Shown here: one piece after another, positions 1 through 6,955 of the stretch | How the letters are laid out: every line of letters starts with the position of its first letter | Position numbering within the stretch: the first letter of the stretch is position 1 | Source: Candidatus Peribacter riflensis | GTDB lineage: Bacteria > Patescibacteriota > Gracilibacteria > Peribacterales > Peribacteraceae | Length of the DNA: 32,000 bases | Assembly: GCA_001430755.1 (NCBI GenBank) | Contig: CP013062.1 | Span: forward strand, 360,001-392,000 | Direction: 5' to 3' | Position numbers and translations under genes: made by a program | The notes under the pieces: generated by a model | The model's database searches: none | Told to the model about the DNA's origin: nothing | What the model saw: only the letters and a program-made list of their open reading frames with translations

Positions 1-729
1 TGCGAAGAACATAAGCTGGAGACCATGCACGCCAATGTCCTGGGCCCTCTGGTGCTCATGGAGGAGTGCAGTAAGCGCGGCATCTATTGGGTGCATTTGA
101 GCTCCGGATGCATATACGAAGGAACAAAAGGAATGAAAGGAACAAAAGGAGAAAAACGAACGAAAGGAGAGCAGGAAGAGGGATGGACGGAGGAAGACGA
201 GCCGAACTTCACCGGGAGTTTCTATGCACGCAGCAAAGCGCTGTGCGAACGGGCTATTCGGGAATTCCCTGGCATGCTCATTCTGCGCTTGCGAATGCCG
301 TTTGATGGCTCTTCGCACCCCAAAAACCTCATCACGAAGCTTGCGAAGTACGCACGCGTGAATGATGAAGAGAATTCCATCACCTGCCTTACAGATTTTC
401 TCGTAGCGACCAAAGTGCTGATCGATCGGCGCGCCACGGGGATCTACAACATGGTGAACGAGGGCGTTATCTCGCCCTACCGCATCATGGAACTCTATCG
501 TGAGGTTGTTGACCCGCATCATTCTTTCGAACGCCTGCCCCTTCCTTCGCAGGCGGGTGTCACCAAAGTTGGCCGCAGCAACTGTGTGCTCTCAACCACG
601 AAGCTGGAGGGGGAGGGGATACGCCTGCGCCCCGTGGAGGAGGCGGTGAGGGAGTCTCTTTTTCAGATGAAGAATGCAGCTTCACACAGCGAAAAAAGTG
701 ATATTGTGAATACATCTTTTGTTCAATAA
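1..729 (+). CDS. NAD-dependent sugar-nucleotide reductase, RmlD / NRS-ER-like (4-keto-6-deoxyhexose 4-reductase or epimerase-reductase); 5' partial
   Basis: Frame +1 is open from nt 1 (CEEHKLET precedes the track Met at 25), with the stop at 727-729. It carries the SDR catalytic YxxxK (YARSK). Segments NVLGPLVLMEEC, SSGCIYEG, EEDEPNFTGSFYARSKA, LRLRMP and NSITC match my memory of the RmlD substrate-binding / plant NRS-ER family. Confidence 0.75.
   Translation, partial: CEEHKLETMHANVLGPLVLMEECSKRGIYWVHLSSGCIYEGTKGMKGTKGEKRTKGEQEEGWTEEDEPNFTGSFYARSKALCERAIREFPGMLILRLRMPFDGSSHPKNLITKLAKYARVNDEENSITCLTDFLVATKVLIDRRATGIYNMVNEGVISPYRIMELYREVVDPHHSFERLPLPSQAGVTKVGRSNCVLSTTKLEGEGIRLRPVEEAVRESLFQMKNAASHSEKSDIVNTSFVQ
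121..150 (+). repeat. 12-bp purine-rich direct repeat GGAACAAAAGGA x2 (121-132, 139-150) inside the reductase CDS
   Basis: Read directly: ggaacaaaagga atgaaa ggaacaaaagga, followed by the related gaaaaacgaacgaaaggagag. It encodes the TKGMKGTKGEKRTKGE low-complexity insert. Confidence 0.8.
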
Positions 730-733
730 GAGT

Positions 734-1018
734 ATGGAGTTGCAGAGAAGTGGGATAATGATTCTGTCTATGAACGTGGAAGGGAATGTCGGCTCGGTCG
801 ATGTCCTGCTCCCGGAGGGGATGGCTCATATTGGTTTAGAATCTCAGCTCAATGCTTTGATCGGGCGCTGTGCCGTGACGCCGGAACGCCATAAGAAGGG
901 GAATGGCGAGAGAAAATGTTGTCGTGTGAATATCCGGCTGGATTGCATGGCAGAGAAAACAACGCTCGACATCACGCGAATTTTGCGGAGTCTCCAGTGC
1001 GAAGTTCTTGACTGTTGA
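734..1018 (+). CDS. hypothetical small protein (94 aa from the first ATG; the track ORF starts at TTG 719)
   Basis: An ORF with moderate codon-like structure and lower GC than its neighbours. I recognise no motif and see no clear Shine-Dalgarno. Confidence 0.35.
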   Translation: MELQRSGIMILSMNVEGNVGSVDVLLPEGMAHIGLESQLNALIGRCAVTPERHKKGNGERKCCRVNIRLDCMAEKTTLDITRILRSLQCEVLDC

Positions 1019-1051
1019 ATGTCATGAAGACGAACTTTTAAGGGGGAATAG

Positions 1052-1079
1052 TTGACATATATGTTATATATGACACAAT
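1052..1079 (+). promoter_or_regulatory. candidate sigma70-type promoter: TTGACA (1052-1057), 16-nt spacer, CACAAT (1074-1079)
   Basis: A perfect -35 hexamer in the AT-rich 1019-1236 intergenic region upstream of the GGDEF-like gene. The -10 is only a partial match. Confidence 0.3.
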
Positions 1080-1236
1080 TTCATGTGTGTCTATACCTTT
1101 TCAAAAGCGCTATTTCCTGACTCTTAATGAAGTCTTAAGCTGCTGACCCCTACGCCCGCCCGCTCCCGCTCTTCCCATCCATCAGGAACGACTCACCACC
1201 GGCCCGGACCGCGAAGCGGCTACGCTGGAGCAGGTC

Positions 1237-2424
1237 ATGCGTCTGCTGCACGATCTTGAGCAAGAGGCGCGCAGAACCAATGATGCGTCGTACCAGGAAA
1301 GCATGATCGAGAAACTGCGCTCACAGCTGCCCGACAAGATGCGCCGGCTGCTCGACATGCACATGCGCGTGACCGATCGCCGCTTGGCGCACCGGTACCC
1401 CGGCGATCCGGAGAAGACCGTACGCGTCTCCAAAGCCATTCGCAGCAAGACCACGCGTGACGTACACGCGGAGAATCTGTATGACTCCATTCTCTCCACG
1501 CCCGAATTTCCCATCCACTCCAAGGCATACGGCAGCTCACTCATGAACCGGCACCTCGCGACGATGGCGATCGACCGGGCTCCGCCTTCCATGCTCGAGA
1601 CGTACGGCTGGATGTCCTTCGACATGAACGGCGTGAAGGGGATGGTCGACTGCACCACGTACCAGAACGTGACGCACTACCTGCAGGCCACCGCGCAGTT
1701 CCTGCTCGATCGCGAGGGGCAGACGCGGAAGTGGCTTGAGAGCCGGAAGGTCAAGGTGACTCCGCTCGCTGCGGGTGGAGACGAGTTCGCCCTTCTGCTG
1801 GACGGCGATGGGCCGATGTCCGCAGGATTTTTTCAGGAGACAGTCAGCCGCTATCAGGCAGAATTCGCCAATAGCAGGCATCTCGCAAGTTTTCTCGATT
1901 TTAACAGCCGGTCCGTGCAATTGGAATACAGCATGCCGACCGAGTCACAGAGGGCAGTATTCTTTGGCATGAGCCAGGCCGAACAGGACAAGCACCTTGA
2001 TGATGTTCACAATGAACTTCCCGAAACGTTCTATTCGACCTGTGGAGCAGGAGGCGCCAATTTCCGGGAGGGGCTGGAACGCGCGGTCGGCCGCGGGACG
2101 CTGTCTCTGAAGAAGGGAAAAGAGACATTCGATACCGGACGTCTGGCCATTCTCAGACACACCATCGAGCTCGCAGAGGCGAGGCAGGCCGATAACAAGG
2201 TGGAGTTCAAGAAGTGCCTCGAGTTAGGCGATCCCAAGCTGCACTGCTTCTTGCGCCGCAACAATGAGAACCGCAACCTGGATGGACGCCTGCGCGAAGC
2301 GGAGTTGCAGCTGGCGCAGGAAAGATTGAGGAGGGCGGATATGGAGCGGGACCTGGATGCGCTGCATGCGCTCTGTAGCGAAAAGAATTCGCAGATCGAG
2401 GAGTTGCTCAAGAAATGCGCGTAG
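1237..2424 (+). CDS. divergent GGDEF-domain protein (putative diguanylate/nucleotidyl cyclase) with C-terminal coiled coil
   Basis: ATG is preceded by GGAG 6 nt upstream. The domain reads SSLMNRH (cf. GL.NRR), WMSFDMNGVKGMVD (cf. lmlDiDhFKxiND), then VTPLAAGGDEFALLLDG with a literal GGDEF, then YSTCGAGGA (cf. tvSiGva). I see no RxxD I-site upstream of GGDEF. The last ~70 aa are heptad-like and charged (LREAELQLAQERLRRADMERDLDAL). Confidence 0.6.
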   Translation: MRLLHDLEQEARRTNDASYQESMIEKLRSQLPDKMRRLLDMHMRVTDRRLAHRYPGDPEKTVRVSKAIRSKTTRDVHAENLYDSILSTPEFPIHSKAYGSSLMNRHLATMAIDRAPPSMLETYGWMSFDMNGVKGMVDCTTYQNVTHYLQATAQFLLDREGQTRKWLESRKVKVTPLAAGGDEFALLLDGDGPMSAGFFQETVSRYQAEFANSRHLASFLDFNSRSVQLEYSMPTESQRAVFFGMSQAEQDKHLDDVHNELPETFYSTCGAGGANFREGLERAVGRGTLSLKKGKETFDTGRLAILRHTIELAEARQADNKVEFKKCLELGDPKLHCFLRRNNENRNLDGRLREAELQLAQERLRRADMERDLDALHALCSEKNSQIEELLKKCA

Positions 2425-2434
2425 GCACGTCAAA

Positions 2435-2454
2435 ATCCTCCGCTGCGCGGAGGA
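2435..2454. repeat. copy 1 of a perfect 20-bp repeat ATCCTCCGCTGCGCGGAGGA; an 8-bp-stem hairpin (TCCTCCGC-tgc-GCGGAGGA) between convergent genes
   Basis: Read directly and identical to 2785-2804. On the minus strand it is followed by ATTTTG, so it could act as a terminator for the GIY-YIG gene. Confidence 0.85.
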
Positions 2455-2462
2455 GAAGAAAT

Positions 2463-2702
2463 CTACGTGAGATGTTTTTGTCGGAATGTTGTTCCTGATC
2501 CTGATTTTAAGTATTTCTCATATATCGCTGCCTTATCACGAGAAGGGAAAGCAGCGAAATGAATAACACTCCACGGCCGGTATTTTGCCGTCGATTGAAT
2601 TTCGCCGCGATTATGCCTTCCAAGTCTATCTTCCACATTATCTGTCAGCCCAACATATTGTTTCCCTCGTTCATTCTGCAAAATGTAGACATAGTGCCAC
2701 AT
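2463..2702 (-). CDS. GIY-YIG nuclease superfamily protein (small stand-alone UPF0213/YhbQ-like, 79 aa)
   Basis: N-terminus WHYVYILQNERGKQYVGLTDNVEDRLGRHNRG matches the GIY-(x10)-YIG ... R ... HN pattern. GC is visibly lower than in flanking genes. Confidence 0.85.
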   Translation of the reverse strand: MWHYVYILQNERGKQYVGLTDNVEDRLGRHNRGEIQSTAKYRPWSVIHFAAFPSRDKAAIYEKYLKSGSGTTFRQKHLT

Positions 2703-2716
2703 GTCATGAGTATAGG

Positions 2717-2734
2717 TGGCTTGCCATCCGTAGC
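2717..2734. repeat. copy 1 of a dispersed motif TGGCTTGCCAnCCGTAGC
   Basis: 17/18 identical to 28277-28294. The flank TAnAGn upstream is also partly conserved. Confidence 0.75.
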
Positions 2735-2784
2735 GCAGTCAAAAAACCAGCCAACCTCCGCTCCCTTTGGGAGCTACGGTCGGC

Positions 2785-2804
2785 ATCCTCCGCTGCGCGG
2801 AGGA
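2785..2804. repeat. copy 2 of the perfect 20-bp hairpin repeat, abutting the 3' CCA end of tRNA-Tyr
   Basis: Identical to 2435-2454 and exactly 350 bp away. It begins at the nucleotide after the tRNA 3' end on the minus strand. Confidence 0.85.
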
Positions 2805-2890
2805 TGGTGGGCCGGGAGGGACTCGAACCCCCGAAGGCGTAAGCCACCTGATTTACAGTCAGGCCCGTTTGACCACTTCGGTACCGACCC
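2805..2890 (-). tRNA. tRNA-Tyr (anticodon GTA), class II with long variable arm, CCA encoded
   Basis: The reverse complement folds by hand as follows: acceptor GGGTCGG/CCGGCCC, 3-bp D stem, anticodon arm CCTGA-CTGTAAA-TCAGG, variable arm GGC-ttac-GCC, T arm GGGGG-TTCGAGT-CCCTC, then A-CCA. Confidence 0.9.
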
Positions 2891-3038
2891 ACGAATAGCA
2901 GCGGAGATCCAAAGAGCAGAAGAACGACAGAGTGACTCGCCTCGGCGTAGTCCGCAGACGAAGCCGGGCCGACCCACATGCCCCAGTGTAGCAAAGCTTT
3001 TCTTCTCCGCACGTGCATTCTGGAGCAGATTTACCCTA

Positions 3039-3302
3039 CTACACTTTCTTGAGTGTGCACGTTCCGCCAAGCACGGGCTTCGTATCCAGGAGTAATTGCA
3101 CCATGCGTGCATAGTCGTGTGTCAGGCGGGTAATGCGCACTTCACCCATGGCGCATTCAAGCCGGCAGCGGTCGCTGTCGATCATGGCCTCAATCTCAAG
3201 AAAGAGCTGGTGGTTCCGATCGTTGTCGATCGGGTAGACACTGGTGCGGAATGTCAGGTCAGTTTCGGCTTCACCGGTTCGCTGGTGGCGGTGTTTTGCC
3301 AT
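3039..3302 (-). CDS. hypothetical protein (87 aa from internal ATG; the track ORF extends to 3470 but would overlap the upstream gene)
   Basis: Balanced amino-acid composition (TDLTFRTSVYPIDNDRNHQLFLEIEAMIDSD...) and preferred GAC/CAC/ATC/CGC codons. I recognise no family. An antisense ORF (3096-3317, +) competes with it. Confidence 0.4.
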   Translation of the reverse strand: MAKHRHQRTGEAETDLTFRTSVYPIDNDRNHQLFLEIEAMIDSDRCRLECAMGEVRITRLTHDYARMVQLLLDTKPVLGGTCTLKKV

Positions 3303-3435
3303 GGCACAGGAGCCTAAGTGAAATCCAGGACCCGAGAAAGAGAAATCGGGTTTTTCTTGGTTCAGCACGCATCGGCCCCCTCTTTGGCATTCCGCTACCC
3401 GAACTGCAGCGATGTGGCTGGGCAGTGGCCCGTCT

Positions 3436-4533
3436 TCACGCCCGAAACTTTCTCCCCTCATAGCGCACAAGCTTGAGGAGGTTCTGCTGGCCGAGGATTT
3501 CTTTGCTCAGGGGATCGTCGTAGTCAGAGTCGTAGACCACCGTCTGGATGCCGGCATTCAGGATCATCTTGGTGCAGATGACGCAGGGGAAGGTATTGCA
3601 GTAGAGGGTTCCTCCTTCGATGGTGATGCCGAATTTCGCGGCCTGCGTAATGGCGTTCTGTTCGGCGTGCGTTCCGCGGCAGATCTCGTGCCGTTGCCCT
3701 GAGGGAATGCCCAGCTTCTCTCTGAGGCACCCGCCCATCTCGGCGCAGTGGGGAACGCCGCGCGGGGCGCCGTTGTACCCTGCGGTGAGCTGTTGCTGAT
3801 CTTTGGCGATCACAGCGCCGACTCTGCGCCGCAGGCACGTGGCGCGCTTGGCCCAGGTGTAGGCGATCTCCATGAAGACTTCATGGAAGGTGGGGCGGTC
3901 CTCGCCGGTCTCAAGCCGCTCGAAATGCTTCAGCTTCGTTTCCAGATCCTGCAGTGTCCCTTCGTTCACAATGAGGTAGTCGGCGTGGTCTAAGCAGCGC
4001 TGCACCTGCTGGCCCTCGGGCGGTTCGCCGATGCCGCGTTCCCGCTTGAGTTTTGCCAGCACTTCTTCGCGTGAGAGGGGAGAGCCCTCGCGGTTGCGCT
4101 TCTGCACACGTTCCACGATGGTTTCGGGCGACGCCGTGACTCCGAGCATGTGGAATCCGGGGAGCTTCTTCAGCTCCTCCCATTCGCCGGGATTCCGGAT
4201 GCCGTCGATCACCCACCTTCGCCCCGCATTTGCAGGGCTTCGGTGGGCAAGCCCACCTCCATCTTCGCTGGCGGACCGTCGCGCAATTTCTGCTTCGATG
4301 GTCTCGCGGATTTTTTTGCCCAGAATGCCGGCGCCACCTTCCTCGCGGAGCTGATTTCCGGTGTTCTGCAGGTGTTCGCGTGTGTGTTCAAGTCCCCGCC
4401 TGGTTGCCTCTGCGCGCACGGCGTCCGAGAGGGAGGTATACGTGTAGCCGCGCTGCTGCAGCAGCTTCACGAGCTCCCCTTTGCCGCTGCCCATGGTGCC
4501 GGTGAGTCCGATGATCTGTGACATGGGGTTCAT
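3436..4533 (-). CDS. fusion protein: N-terminal P-loop (d)NMP/dephospho-CoA-kinase-like domain + C-terminal dCMP deaminase (ComEB/cytidine-deoxycytidylate deaminase family)
   Basis: GAGGA lies 6 nt upstream of the ATG. The Walker A motif is GLTGTMGSGKG. The C-terminal half has the zinc/catalytic motifs HAEQNAI and PCVICTKMI, and the family-typical TFHEVFMEIAYTWAKRATC...VGAVI. Confidence 0.85.
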   Translation of the reverse strand: MNPMSQIIGLTGTMGSGKGELVKLLQQRGYTYTSLSDAVRAEATRRGLEHTREHLQNTGNQLREEGGAGILGKKIRETIEAEIARRSASEDGGGLAHRSPANAGRRWVIDGIRNPGEWEELKKLPGFHMLGVTASPETIVERVQKRNREGSPLSREEVLAKLKRERGIGEPPEGQQVQRCLDHADYLIVNEGTLQDLETKLKHFERLETGEDRPTFHEVFMEIAYTWAKRATCLRRRVGAVIAKDQQQLTAGYNGAPRGVPHCAEMGGCLREKLGIPSGQRHEICRGTHAEQNAITQAAKFGITIEGGTLYCNTFPCVICTKMILNAGIQTVVYDSDYDDPLSKEILGQQNLLKLVRYEGRKFRA

Positions 4534-4570
4534 CTAATTCCTCTTCGGTGCTATTGGCAAGAGCCGACTC

Positions 4571-6955
4571 TTACCGTGCCAGAACTTCGAAGGTGAGCAT
4601 GGCGCGTTCTTCACCTGATTGGGCTGTGAGCTGGTGCCTTCCCGGCTGCGGCTGCCATTTGATGCGGAAATCCGGCGCCTGTGCTGCCCCGATCTTCTTG
4701 CCATCCACGTACCAATCCATCGTCCGGATAGCGGGTGAGGCGTGAGCTTCGAAGATCACCTGTTCCTGCGCGTCCGGAATGAGCGGATCCAACAGATAGC
4801 TCTCGTTCGGTTGAGGCGAGATGATTTCGATCCACGATGCGGAACCGGGCGCGGAAGAATCGGAGGTGGGGGATTCATCCCCGCAGAGAGGGGAAACGCG
4901 CGTGGGCGGAAGAGGCCATCCCTGCTCGCGCCCCCATTTTTCGGTGTCCTTTGGAAACACGGCGAGCCCTTTCTTATCAACAAATTCCTGATCACAATAT
5001 TTGTTCGAAAGCAGTCCGTTCCGTCGATCAATCTCGAAGAGTCGGTACAGGTCATCCGGCTCTTTCGGTTCCGTTCCTGCGATGAACCACTCCTCGATCG
5101 TGTGGGGGCAGAGCTCCGTCGGCAGCTTACCCGAGAGCCGGCAAATCGTGACCTGCTTCAAGCCTTCGGGCTGAGCGAAATCGCTCATGGGCAGATTCTT
5201 TGTGGCTGCCAATACAACATCGTGGAAGATCGGTCCTGCTCCTGTGACGCCGGAAGTCTCGCGCATGGGCGAGTTGTCGGCGTTGCCCACCCACACGCCC
5301 ACGATGCGATCGGGCGTGAAGCCCACAGTCCAGTTATCGCGGGAGTTCCTCGTCGTGCCCGTCTTGGCCGCCACGGGGAAATCGAAGGTGAGCGGGCCGC
5401 CTTCGCCAAATTCCGAAAGGCGCGCAGAGGCATCACTCAGGATATCGGTGATGAGCCAGGCCACTTTGGGATCGAGAATGTGCGCTCCATTTTGCGTGGG
5501 ATCGGAGAGGAGAGTGCGTATGGGGAGTGTCTCGCCGCCGCGCGGAAAGATCGCGAAGGCTTGGGCGAGCTCGAGTAAGCGCACCTCTGCGTCGCCGAGT
5601 GTGAGGGCGAGGCCGTAATGCTCAGGGGTTTTCGTGAGGGTACTCAGTCCTGCTGAGCGCAGGAACGAGAGCAGACTGTCGATTCCCACGCGCTCCGCCA
5701 CGCGCACGGCCGCAATATTGTAGGAGTTGGCCAGTGCCTCGCGGTACCGCACGAGTCCGTGCTCGAGGTAGTCGTAGTTCCTGGGAGTGTAGGGTGTACC
5801 CTCCCGCGTCAGAAACTGCACGGCGGTATCGGCTACGGTGGTCGCTGCGGTGTCGCCCCGTGCAAGCGCGAGTGCGTAGGTGAAGGGCTTCAAGGCGGAC
5901 CCGGACTGGCGGGCGGCAAGGACGCTATTGACGGCTCCGTCGTGCTCCTCATCGAAGTAATCCGCCGATCCCACCATCGCGAGTATGTCACCGTTCTTGG
6001 CATCGAGCACGACGACGGCAGCGGAGGTAACGTTCTTCTCCTTCAGTTCCTCCAATTTGCGTTCGATGATGCGCTCCACTGCGGTCTGGAGCGTGAGGTC
6101 GAGCGTCGTCGTGACAGTCGGAGACTGCAGATCCTCCGGTCGCTCGTTGAGGAGCCACATCACAAAGTGCGGCGCGCGAATGGCCGTTTGATCTGCGGTC
6201 AGTGCTATAGGCTCCGATTCTATTTGCTCGATTTGGGCTTCTGTCAGGGCTCCCTGGTCACGCATGGCCGTGAGCACGCGTCCCTGTCGTTCCCGGGCTG
6301 CCGTGAAATTGATGAAGGGATCGAGGGCGGAAGGGGATTGTGGCAGTCCTGCGAGCAGGGTGCATTCCGCGGTCGAGAGCTCATGCACGGACTTGCCGAA
6401 GAATGTTCTCGTCGCCGCAGACAGGCCGTAGGCCCGGTGACCGAAGTATGCGGTGTTGAGGTACCGCTCCAAGATGTCATCTTTGGTGAGTGTCTGCTCC
6501 AGTTTGAGGGCGAACAGGGCCTCCAGCACTTTGGAGGAGAGCGTGCGCTCGCGGGTATTCAAGGTGATGCGAGCGAGCTGCTGGGTGATGGTGGAGCCGC
6601 CCGAGACAATGCGGCCGGCCGACAGGTTCTGCCACAGCGCCCGCGCAATCCCTTTGATGCTCACTCCGGGATGGGTGTAGAAGTTGTGGTCTTCAATGGC
6701 GAGCAGGGCTGAGATGCAGGGTTTTGGAATCGCGTTGAGCCCTATCCACTGCTGTGAACCGTGTGTTGGCTTGCGAACCTCGTAGAGCTCCTGTCCGCTT
6801 CGTTCGAGCAGGAGCACGGAGGTGGATTTGCGGTCGAGGAATCGCTCTGGAAGCGGCAGGAGGATGGCACCTGCGAGCGCAAGGAGTGGAAAGAGCCAGA
6901 GGAGGTGGCGACTGCGGGGCAGCATGCAGATACGGGTGATCTTGTTGCCGCGCAT
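4571..6955 (-). CDS. pbpC: bifunctional penicillin-binding protein, PBP1C type (GT51 glycosyltransferase + transpeptidase + BiPBP_C-like C-terminal domain)
   Basis: It has an N-terminal TM helix. GT51 motifs are EDHNFYTHPG and GGSTITQQLAR. Transpeptidase motifs are SALK (SxxK), SYN (SxN) and KTGT. There is an extra ~90-aa C-terminal beta-rich domain. The start codon overlaps the A2M stop (TAATG), with AGGAG just upstream. Confidence 0.88.
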   Translation of the reverse strand: MRGNKITRICMLPRSRHLLWLFPLLALAGAILLPLPERFLDRKSTSVLLLERSGQELYEVRKPTHGSQQWIGLNAIPKPCISALLAIEDHNFYTHPGVSIKGIARALWQNLSAGRIVSGGSTITQQLARITLNTRERTLSSKVLEALFALKLEQTLTKDDILERYLNTAYFGHRAYGLSAATRTFFGKSVHELSTAECTLLAGLPQSPSALDPFINFTAARERQGRVLTAMRDQGALTEAQIEQIESEPIALTADQTAIRAPHFVMWLLNERPEDLQSPTVTTTLDLTLQTAVERIIERKLEELKEKNVTSAAVVVLDAKNGDILAMVGSADYFDEEHDGAVNSVLAARQSGSALKPFTYALALARGDTAATTVADTAVQFLTREGTPYTPRNYDYLEHGLVRYREALANSYNIAAVRVAERVGIDSLLSFLRSAGLSTLTKTPEHYGLALTLGDAEVRLLELAQAFAIFPRGGETLPIRTLLSDPTQNGAHILDPKVAWLITDILSDASARLSEFGEGGPLTFDFPVAAKTGTTRNSRDNWTVGFTPDRIVGVWVGNADNSPMRETSGVTGAGPIFHDVVLAATKNLPMSDFAQPEGLKQVTICRLSGKLPTELCPHTIEEWFIAGTEPKEPDDLYRLFEIDRRNGLLSNKYCDQEFVDKKGLAVFPKDTEKWGREQGWPLPPTRVSPLCGDESPTSDSSAPGSASWIEIISPQPNESYLLDPLIPDAQEQVIFEAHASPAIRTMDWYVDGKKIGAAQAPDFRIKWQPQPGRHQLTAQSGEERAMLTFEVLAR

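Noticed and set aside
2957-2980. The sequence GCCGGGCCGACCCAC shares 9 nt (CCGACCCAC) with the 5' acceptor end of tRNA-Tyr. I considered a tRNA fragment or att-site remnant.
   Set aside because: A 9-nt match is within chance expectation for a 32-kb window on two strands, and no further tRNA-like structure flanks it.
3096-3355. A 73-aa plus-strand ORF (TTG start) followed by a weak hairpin with TTTTT (CCCGA-10nt-TCGGG at 3331-3350, T-run at 3351-3355).
   Set aside because: The translation is Ala/Val/Gly-rich with no ATG start. The stem is only 5 bp with a 10-nt loop. I preferred the opposite-strand 87-aa ORF, but the choice is genuinely uncertain, hence the low confidence on that feature.
5759-6712. 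A 317-aa plus-strand ORF inside pbpC, and similar ORFs at 4742-5578.
   Set aside because: They are antisense shadows of the PBP gene, whose GT51 and transpeptidase motifs are unambiguous.
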